DNA of 17,601 bases from positions 2,981,109 through 2,998,709 of the forward strand of contig JANKJI020000001.1 in the NCBI GenBank assembly GCA_024626585.2. The letters run 5' to 3'. Numbering within the stretch: position 1 is the stretch's first letter; each line of letters begins with the position of its first letter. This DNA comes from Ginkgo biloba. Taxonomy: Eukaryota > Plantae > Ginkgophyta. Shown here one piece after another: positions 8,818-17,601 of this stretch. The translations under genes were made by a program, and so were the position numbers. The notes under the pieces are model-generated. The model did no database searches. It was not told the origin of the DNA and worked only from the letters and a program-made list of their open reading frames with translations.

Positions 8818-10763
8818 AAATGGGGGCCAGTCTTGTAGGGGACTCAAAAGCCCTCATTCAAGTGACCATGACTTGATTACATTTTCAAGTTCTAATTAAT
8901 GCACTTGTGTTTTTTTCCACCTATAGCATAGACTTTGTTCGCTTGGTAGGCTCAGTCATCTAATTTTGAGAAAAAAGAAAATTCCAAGCTTGCTTAGCAT
9001 TTGGTTCTTCATGTTAGGCAAGTCCAAAAGGCAAGCTTAAGTGACATGCANNNNNNNNNNNNNNNNNNNNNNNNNNNNNNNNNNNNNNNNNNNNNNNNNN
9101 NNNNNNNNNNNNNNNNNNNNNNNNNNNNNNNNNNNNNNNNNNNNNNNNNNNNNNNNAGTGCATATTAAAAAAGAGGAAGGAGTTACATTGCAAGTTGAAG
9201 GAGAGAAGAGGGTGAGAGAGGAGGAGGAGAAGAAGCATGGATGCTATAAATAAAATTGTATTTATGGCTTGATAAGTTCATATTTTTTGGTGCACATTGA
9301 CGAGGTTTTTTGATTGTTTGCTTATTGAACTCGAACTTGGTGATTGAGCCTATAGGTAGGACATGCCTATAAGGCACACGATGAGACAATGAAGGTAGGA
9401 TGATTAAGTTTTGAGGGTTAATTGGTGTTGATGGCCCGATTCTTCATTGCATGCTTATCTTAGAAGCTTCTACACCTATTCCTATCTGCCATCTAGGTGG
9501 GTGTTACAAAAATGCGAGCATATGAACTTACACTATAACACCATTGGCACAAACAAGCCTCAAGTTGTGTTAAACTAGAAAATACAAAATTATTGCTAAA
9601 TACAAATCAGATTGAATACTTTTTAATCCTTTTGATTTTATCTACTTGTGCCTTAATTGTACGTTTTGTTGTTTGAATCATATGTACACAATTTGCAAAC
9701 ACTTGCCCTTACTCATTGCTACTTGCGCATTACTTTTATTTTGTATTTGAAGGGTTGTTAATACTATGTTAAAATTCTGTCATCTCACTTTTTGATACAT
9801 AATTTACTNNNNNNNNNNNNNNNNNNNNGGTCTAATAAAGTTCAAGTGAAAGCTTTTGAATGTAACTTAATGAAACAAAAAGCCTCAGGGCAATAACCCT
9901 AATGGTGAGGAATGACTTGTCGAGCCTTGAAAGTGACTGAACTAAAAAAATCAAAGAAGCAAAAATAGAGTAGGTCTTTTAGAAATGCTTGTGCTTGCCT
10001 TTTGATGTGGAAAATCACTATATAATACCCTTTTGTGTACTTGGTTCTACTATAAAAGGTCAAGTCAATGGCTTTTTGAGACAAAATGGCTATAAACCCT
10101 AGCTTTACTAAATAGGTTTTCTATGTAAAGAGAAAATAAAGGTGGGGGAAATCTCAAAGTCTAAAAATAGTGGAAGATGAGATATTGAATAAGAAGCATT
10201 TGCACACTCTCATATAATTGCTAAAATTAAGAGAATGTGCCAAAGGAGCAATAGTTTAACCATAAACAATGGTGAACACTTGTTGCAATCAAAAGATTTT
10301 TAAAGCCAAACAAAGTGTAAAGATTACCCAAGACAAAGGATCTTCATATTAGATTAATTGGGCTTGAAAAGCTCTTGAATCTCTTATTTTCTATGTTTCT
10401 CTTTTCTCTCAATAATCCATAAAAGATACAACCATAAATTTTATGAAGACAAAGAAGATCTTTGAAATTGAGAAAGCATAAAGATATACTATGAAAGTCT
10501 TGAAGACACTCTATTGATTACTTGAAGAGAGTATGCACATTTGTTTATGGGAAAAAGAGTAAGGGTGATCATAACGTAAAATGCTAACTATAGATTAGAG
10601 CTATTTATAATAGATAATCTAGTCAATATAAAATGAGAGAGCTTATGCACCTAATCTAATCCTATTATCTCCTAGTGATGTTATTGGCATATCATATATT
10701 GCAATCATTATTTTGTGTACATTAATGATGTAAAACAATTAAATAATAAAAGTGGAACCAAAC
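8818..10763 (+). mobile_element. Putative PPT plus 3' LTR of a decayed LTR retrotransposon
   Basis: Purine-rich AAATGGGGG (8818-8826) followed by TGTAGGGG at 8834, resembling a PPT/LTR junction. TATA-like CTATAAA near 10090. No coding signal. The right boundary is a guess and there is no partner LTR in the window. Confidence 0.3.
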
Positions 10764-11785
10764 TTATCTAATTTTAATGTTATGACTACTAATAGTGTAG
10801 TGTATTTATTATTATTGGCTTATATCAATATTGTTCATGGAGTCTATATGTGCCTTTTGATTGTGCATTTGGACCCATTTCTGTGGTTGCTTCAACCAAC
10901 CCTTTTGTGTGGTTGCCTTTATGTTTTTTTTATTGTAGGTATTATGGTATCTAGGTGTTTTGTGAACAAAAAATAATAGTACAATGAGTGAGCCATGCAA
11001 CCATGGGAGAGATTTGATTTTGTGCAACCAGAGTGTAAAAATGTAAAGAGCTACTGTGATAGATCATTGTAGGGATTTTGAGACCATTAAAGAAATCAAC
11101 TGAATGTGGGAATTGGTTCCATTTGATGCTCCTATTGATGAAATATTATAATGATGTTGAGTTCTTAATAATTTAAGAACTAATGAGAATTTCATCGAGT
11201 GATAGAGAAAGATTGGCGACGGGTGAGGACATCAATGAAGAAGAAAATCTAAATGGCAACCTATCAAAGATTTATGGTGAAAGAAGGGAGAACTCATCGA
11301 AGAATAGTCATGTCTCATGCATGGAGAAGATAGTTTGGTAGCTAGAATATGAAGTGGTTGGATGAGGCATCAATTTAATTCAAGAAAACTTAAATGGGGA
11401 GAAAAAAGACAAATTGATGGTGANNNNNNNNNNNNNNNNNNNNNNNNNNNNNNNNNNNNNNNNNNNNNGTTGCAGTCGAAGGCCATGGAATAAGTTATGA
11501 CTTGATGATGGGGATGGTAGGAGGATGTAGTATCAAAGGCTTAGGTGATGCAAAGACCATATGAAGCAGAGACAAAATGATTCGATGCAGAGAAAAATTC
11601 GAGAAAAATAATTTGAATGGGTAGGAAATGGTGTAACAATCAACATTCTAAAAAATTTTTGGAAAATATTTTATTCTTCAAAAGTNNNNNNNNNNNNNNN
11701 NNNNNNNNNNNNNNNNNNNNNNNNNNNNNNNNNNNNNNNNNNNNNNNNNNNNNNNNNNNNNNNNNNNNNNNNNNNNNNNNNNNNN

Positions 11786-13000
11786 ACCTTTGACCAACGC
11801 CTAATTTAGGCATGTGTGCATTTCTCTCTCTTCAGTCTTCTTCTCATGCAAACTGACTTTGCATGCCACTCAATTGTCCTTCTAGGGTTCCAACACTTTG
11901 TTCTAAATGTGCCCATTAACTCAACTCCTTCAACTGACTTGTATGTGCATACATGTGTTTGCATGCGCATTCATGTACCCACATGCAATCACAAAAGCAA
12001 ATGTGCATGTGCTCGCCTCATGCATGTTGCCTTAACTTTTGCATGCTCCGAAATTCGCATGCAAACACATAAACTTACATGCATGCCATGTGCATGCATG
12101 CAAACTCAGTTCTGCCCTGAAAAAACAACTTTTTCGGAATAACACATTTTCAAAAATAACAAGTTTCTAAAAATAGAAACTTTTTGAAAATATAAATTTC
12201 TAAAAATAGAAAATTCCCAAAATAGAAATTCCCTATTTTTTATGAAATTTTCCAAAAATAAAAATTTTCCATAAATTCCAAAAATTCATAAAAATTAGGA
12301 AAAATACAAAATTGCTATTTCGGCATATATGAGTACTTGATAATAATATTTTAACAAAAGTGTTTGATCTAAGTCATATCTAACCTTAAAAGAGAACTAT
12401 CAACTTCAATTTACGAGTGGCGAGAAAGGTAACAAAGTTACAAACCTAAGCAAAGCCATACAATTTTGACTAAAAATCAACTATTGTAGATGATTTTGTC
12501 AAAGACTAACTTTTTCAATGAGGTGTAAGGGGTGGAGCCCATGGCAAGGTTTGGAATTTGTAGCTTGAGCACGACTATGACCATTTTGCAATATGAAAGT
12601 CTAAAGTCCTATTTCCTTCACGAAAATGGCCAAGTTTGAGAGTCCATGGACTGAAATGATAAAACTTGGCTAAGTCTACAAAAGGCAAAATCAATCGAGG
12701 CCAACTCAAGCAAAAACTTTTAGTTGGACAATTTGTCTCAAGTGTTGTAGCATGCCAAAGCTTCAAGCTTGAGTGGAAAAGAAATTTTATATGACAAGAT
12801 TCTAGAATCCGATAAATGAAGGGTGAAAGCTTGCTTGTACGAAATATGCAAATGAATGAAACTTCAATAAAATTTGAAGTTTGGTCGGGAAATATTAACT
12901 TGCAATGTAATTAGGTGAAAGTGCAAATTGCAAAATGGGCTAATAGTACAAATTAGATCAACGGTTGCGATTGACCAATAAAGATCAAAGACTAAGATTA
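11786..13000. mobile_element. Non-coding repeat-like segment, probably LTR or UTR of another retrotransposon
   Basis: GCATGC/TGCA-rich tract (11811-12102) followed by short AAAAATAGAAA units, flanked by gaps and TE remnants. No protein motif. Confidence 0.3.
12152..12234. repeat. Degenerate minisatellite, about 5 units of 16-17 bp (AAAAATAGAAAHTTYY)
   Basis: aaaaataacaagtttct / aaaaatagaaacttttt / gaaaatataaatttct / aaaaatagaaaattccc / aaaatagaaattccct. Confidence 0.65.
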
Positions 13001-13079
13001 AATTGTAGCTCCACACTAAGACCCAACATGGTGGTCGAACGAAAATGCAAAATACAAAGATACCCAACAAAATGCAAAA

Positions 13080-14239
13080 AGACTCAACATAGAGCAAAAG
13101 CAGTCCAAACCCTCCAATGCTCTTGCTCAACTTCCACATAAGTACATTGCGACATGGCAGATGTTCATCAGCCAACTACAAGCCACGAAACTAGAAATGA
13201 ACAATTTTATAACATTTTAGTGCTTAGAACATGCACATAGCCAGCTCAATGGATAATTGCAGATAGAAGCATTACAAAGGCTCAGCTAAAATTACAATCA
13301 GTGGTTTCATAGTTCACTTCTTCCAATTAGAGAAGATCAAATGACTAAAAATTAGATACAAAGAGTGTTCTCTTGTTTTCCTTCTCCTTCTTTAAGTTTC
13401 TTGTAAATGTTGTAAGTTGACCTTCCAATGGAGGCAACAATCTTTTATACTATGATAAGCAAATCTCTTCGTGAGATATAAAATTTGGAAATTCTATGGA
13501 CATAGATTCCAGTTTTAAGCTTGAAGTAGAAGCTCTGCATAGCATTCCATTTTCTTTTAATAAAATCAATCTTTTATCTTTTGACTGCATCTTATGAGTG
13601 TGATTCTCTTTGTTGTACTTCTACTTTAGTTGTACCTAAGATAAGCTTTGTATGATAAATGGTATCAATTCCAGGTCACTACCCTTGAGATAAGCATCAA
13701 AAGATTTGAATGATTTGGACTTGATCCAAATACCAACAGGCAGGGGAACGACCTATAAACCCTTTGTTATAAGGTTAGAAGAGAACAAGGCAAACTTAGT
13801 TAGATTAAGAAGAAATACAATCAAGCAATATTTCAAGAAGAGGAGAAGATTAGAGGGACTAACCTCACATGTCTACAGAAGAAGATGAAAGAGTTGGTCT
13901 TTTAAAGGGAAACTTAAACCAACCAAGCTCTAATATAGATGGCAGAATGTCTTGGCTTTTGTAGATTATGTAAAGCTTGACTGTTGGACTTTCTACAACT
14001 ATAACAACAACAACCAATAGCGGTGTTATTAGTAGTGGTGTCATTATTACTCCTATTTAGACTAAACTACCTTGAGCACAACATTCAAGGTTGAGACTAA
14101 TGTGGAAATCATAATATATGATGAGAAAAAATAGATGCTAAATTTCTTAATGACTGGCTAAGGAAACTAGAGACATTTTGCAAGGCAACAATGTATTGAC
14201 CTTCAAAAAATAGCCTTTGCTAAGCTCATTTAAGAGTTC
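13080..14239 (+). mobile_element. Ty3/Gypsy retrotransposon 5' part, copy A (LTR, PBS, leader, gag start), chromovirus/CRM-like, decayed
   Basis: tRNA-iMet-like PBS TGGTATCAATTCCAGGT at 13660-13676. Gag remnant from 14084, FKVETNVEIIIYDEK/IDAKFLNDWLRKLETF...KIAFAKL, with frameshifts. Collinear similarity to 14340-15480. The LTR may start at TGTAG 13004. Confidence 0.75.
13660..13676 (+). other. Primer-binding site (tRNA-iMet type), copy A
   Basis: TGGTATCAATTCCAGGT matches the consensus TGGTATCAGAGCCAGGT at 14 of 17 positions. Confidence 0.7.
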
Positions 14240-14339
14240 NNNNNNNNNNNNNNNNNNNNNNNNNNNNNNNNNNNNNNNNNNNNNNNNNNNNNNNNNNNNN
14301 NNNNNNNNNNNNNNNNNNNNNNNNNNNNNNNNNNNNNNN

Positions 14340-15735
14340 TAAAATCACTCAACATAGTGGAACGTCCATAATAAGTAGCTAATATGAAGCCCCCAACGCT
14401 CAAATGTAGCATCCACATATGCACATTGGCATGTGGGAGATGTCCACAATAGCTAGCTGCAACCCAAGAAGTGAATCGAATAGATTTATAACTATTCCTT
14501 GCTTTGAACATGCACACAACCAACTAGGTTGACAATTACAAGTCAAAGCATTAGTGGAATCTAGGAGTAGGGGTTCTATTGTTTGTTTCCTTTAGTCCGA
14601 GGAGATCAAAGGACTAAAAGTTGCATGTAGAGAGCTTTCTTGTTTGTCTTCTTTGTCTTTAAGCTTCGATGTAAGTTGACCCTATTGCGGGGGTACTGAT
14701 TTTGTGCACTTTGATAAGCAAACTCCTTCATGGGATATAAATCTTTAAAGCTTGATGTAAAAGTTTTGTAGAGTGTTTCATTTTCTCTTAATAAAACTAC
14801 TCTTTTACTTATGTTTGTAGCTTATGGATGAGAATATAAATTGTTCCTCTTTGCTTTCATTGAATACATCATAAGATTCAGATCATAATTGGTATTAAAG
14901 TCTTGGTCTTTTAAGCTCAAGAAAGCAACAAAAGTTTTGAATGGTGTGGACTCGATCCAAATACCAAAAGAANNNNNNNNNNNNNNNNNCAAATCCGCCA
15001 TTACTAGGCTATAGGAGAGCTAAACAAATTTAATGAGTTCAATAAGAAGCTTGATCAAGCATTATGTCTGGAAGAGGAGAAGGGCAGAGGGGAATGATCT
15101 CATACATTCATAGAAGAGGATGAAAGTGAAAGGATTGGTCATTTGGAGAGAAACATACACGAACTTAGATTGGATATTGATTATAAGATGTCTTTGCTTT
15201 TGTAGATTATGCAANNNNNNNNNNNNNNNNNNNNNNNNNNNNNNNNNNNNACTAGTAGTTATGTTGTTAGTAGTGGTATTGCATCTAGTAATGTCATTGT
15301 AACTCCTATAAGGACTTAACTTCTAGTTGAGACATTGAACTCAACTTTCAAGGTTGAAATTAAGGTGTCATCCCTAACATATGCTGGGAAGATGGATGTT
15401 GAAAATCTTGGTGATTGGCTAAGATAGCTAGAGACATATTTTGTAGTACAATAGTAGAAAATAGCCTTTGCTAAGCTCAAAATGAGAGGCCAAGCCTTTC
15501 TCTCGTGTGAAAGGTTTGAAAAAGATAGAACTAGTGAGGTAGAGTACCTATTTTTGTATGGGATGAGTTGAAATAGGTGATTAAGAAGAAATTTACCCAA
15601 CTAGATACACAAGGGGACATCAAATTGAGTGGTAATACCTTAGATTGAAAGGTAGCCAACGACTTGAAGCTTACACTACAAAAATTCAACTAGTTTACAA
15701 GTAGATGAAAAGTTTTTGATGGAGTGGATAGCTTT
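14340..15735 (+). mobile_element. Ty3/Gypsy retrotransposon 5' part, copy B (LTR, PBS, leader, gag), chromovirus/CRM-like, decayed
   Basis: Degenerate PBS TGGTATTAAAGTC at 14890. Gag remnant from 15347: FKVEIKVSSLTYAGKMDVENLGDWLR*LETYFVVQ**KIAFAKLKMRGQAF, then WDELK*VIKKKF and IEW*YLRLKGSQRLEAYTT, the typical retrotransposon gag motifs. Confidence 0.8.
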
Positions 15736-16099
15736 NNNNNNNNNNNNNNNNNNNNNNNNNNNNNNNNNNNNNNNNNNNNNNNNNNNNNNNNNNNNNNNNN
15801 NNNNNNNNNNNNNNNNNNNNNNNNNNNNNNNNNNNCATAGGAGAACCAAAATGGTGACTAAAGCCAATAAAGGAAAGATAGTAGACTATCACTTAAATTA
15901 ATGTGTCAGTAGGGCCAGGCCTTATAACTCAGGGAAAAGTGGGAGCTGAGATAAGAATTTTATCATTGATCATGAACAATTCCCAAATGAGAAAAGGAGA
16001 TCCTTAATACTCTATCACACCCTAAAGCGATGGCATCATTAGACCAATCACGTAGTAGAATATTTTAAATCCCACACCTTTTATATTCAATAGTAGAAC

Positions 16100-17601
16100 T
16101 AGGTGAATCTAAAAATGTTGGGTAGTTAACTAAATGAAGCTGAACATTTCATCACCAACACCACGGCATAACTTGAGATGAATGCAAAGGAAATTTTCTT
16201 TCTATTATATTAATACTCTTTAAAAACGCTCCCACTATTGGGGCAATTCTAATGGTATTACTTGATTGGTACTCAGCCTTTCTTAGTCCAAAAAATATTA
16301 AGTCTAAAACTAATCGCCAAAAAATCCTAGATCTTTCAAACCTTGTACATGCAAATTTGTTTACCTTTTATAACCATCAAGCACTTATGTACTTGGTGAA
16401 TAAAACTCTTCTTCAGAGACAAGTAAGTATATGATTGTTACTTTTCTAGGAATTCGCTTTTGAAATCCTAGTGAAAGTTGGGAAAGCTCATGTAATTCCA
16501 TATCAACTATCTCGAATTAAGATTGGGGAAGTTGTAGTTGTTGTTCAAGATAATTTTCTAGATGTAAAATTGTTTTTAGTGGAAGTAGTACTAGAATAGT
16601 GTCAAGGAATGTTCAATGGTTAGTAAGAAGTATAATGCCACGAGGATGGGATAGAGCAAAAAGATAGGGTTTGGCTTAATGAGTAGCTCCAATTCAACTA
16701 ATTAGTGGCCAATTGCATCAAAAGGGGCTAGATGGTATTCTTCCTAAATATGTGATGGAACATCAACTTCCACAAATTGTGTGTCAAGCTCATGGACCAA
16801 GATGTGGTGATGTGATTAAGAATTTGTTAACAAGATTCTAAGTGTAGAGTTGTGGCGGCTTGCTGTGTTCAAAGATTGGATGATTGGGCAACGAAGTGCG
16901 ATGTGTGTTAAGGGGTTTGGAAACTATCTGAAAAGACTTATTTGCCTATATCTTGCATTGGCACATTGTCCATTTGAACAACGAGAGTTGGATTTTGTGG
17001 GACCATTTAAACCGTTAACAAGGCTAATGTAAGATTGGTATGTATAGTTGTAACTAATTAAGAGTTGTGAAGTTTGTCGATTGATTTGTGAAGATAAGTA
17101 TGCTAAAGCCAAATTTTTATATGAAGTCACCATGGCATGATTTGGGTGCCCATCGAAATTTACAAGTGATTAAGGAGGTGGATTTATAAATCAAGTTGTA
17201 AAGGATTTAACTAAGGAATTCATGATCATTGATCACAAATCTACGCCATAGTATGGCTATGTAATGGCTACGTTAAGAGCTCAAATAAAATTTTGGAAAT
17301 AACACTAAGAGATTTGTGATGTTNNNNNNNNNNNNNNNNNNNNNNNNNNNNNNNNNNNNNNNNNNNNNNNNNNNNNNNNNNNNNNNNATTGGGGAGATGC
17401 CCTTCCAGTTAGTATATGGATTGGAAGTGATAATCCCTATTGAATTCAAAGTTCCTAGCATTTGAGTTGTACTAGAATGCAGGGTAGGTGAAGAGGAATT
17501 GATTGTAGAACACTTGCAAGAATTGCTATACCTGGACGAATAATGAGCATTTACTCTGATGGATGTCAGAGGCATAGAGGAGGCGACAAAAAGCATGGTA
17601 T
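16100..17601 (+). mobile_element. Ty3/Gypsy pol remnant (RT C-terminus, RNase H, integrase), non-chromovirus Athila-like, pseudogenised; runs off the window end
   Basis: RNase H: FTFYNHQALMYLVNK...LLLF*EFAFEILVKVGKAHVIPYQLSRI. Integrase zinc finger: QAHG...KIL..LW...KD...CDVC. Integrase core: PFEQRELDFVGPFKP, FGCPSKFTSD*GGGFINQ, KSTP*Y, PFQLVYGLEVIIPIEFKVPS, KAWY. RT-RH-INT domain order is the Gypsy order. Many stops and frameshifts. Confidence 0.9.

Larger units (their letters stand above)
4309..17601 (+). other. Very long, transposon-rich intron of the TCX gene (continues past the window end)
   Basis: Donor at 4309. By eye I found no sequence encoding the expected next exon (roughly [21 protein letters not shown]) in the called bases. 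It could be hidden in an N gap such as 5123-6013. Confidence 0.65.

Noticed and set aside
11160-11181. 9-bp hairpin AGTTCTTAA-taat-TTAAGAACT
   Set aside because: Short and AT-rich, expected by chance.
10939-11300. Acceptor TTGTAG followed by a peptide faintly like a hAT transposase C-terminus, or the next TCX exon
   Set aside because: Phase-0 translation stops after 8 codons and has no CRC2 motif. The hAT similarity is too weak to support.
1-17601. CRISPR array, rRNA, operon or other prokaryotic or viral system
   Set aside because: No regularly spaced repeats or such genes were seen. The sequence is spliced eukaryotic plant DNA.

Overview
Plant nuclear genomic DNA from a gapped draft assembly (14 N-runs, about 2.4 kb in total, four of them exactly 100 N). 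The very long, TE-filled intron and the retrotransposon peptide styles suggest a large-genome plant such as a gymnosperm (inference). The window holds the promoter, 5' UTR and first three coding exons of a + strand tesmin/TSO1-like CXC (CRC-domain, CPP family, LIN54 homologue) gene of the TCX5/TCX6 type: join(620..801,3026..3136,4131..4308). These exons encode the N-terminal RQLDF motif, CRC domain 1 and the [10 protein letters not shown] linker. The exon for CRC domain 2 is not visible, so the following intron appears to be at least 13.3 kb, unless the exon lies in an N gap. That intron is packed with decayed transposons: a possible LINE ORF1 fragment, a possible LTR element 3' end, two tandem LTR-PBS-gag copies of a chromovirus-like Ty3/Gypsy, and an Athila-like RT/RNase H/integrase. 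I found no convincing novel biological system. The best leads are regulatory and modest: DREAM-type motifs in this DREAM subunit's own promoter, coupled uORFs, a possible poison micro-exon, possible intronic polyadenylation giving a single-CRC isoform, and a structured intronic tandem duplication. All homology calls come from recalled family motifs, not database searches.
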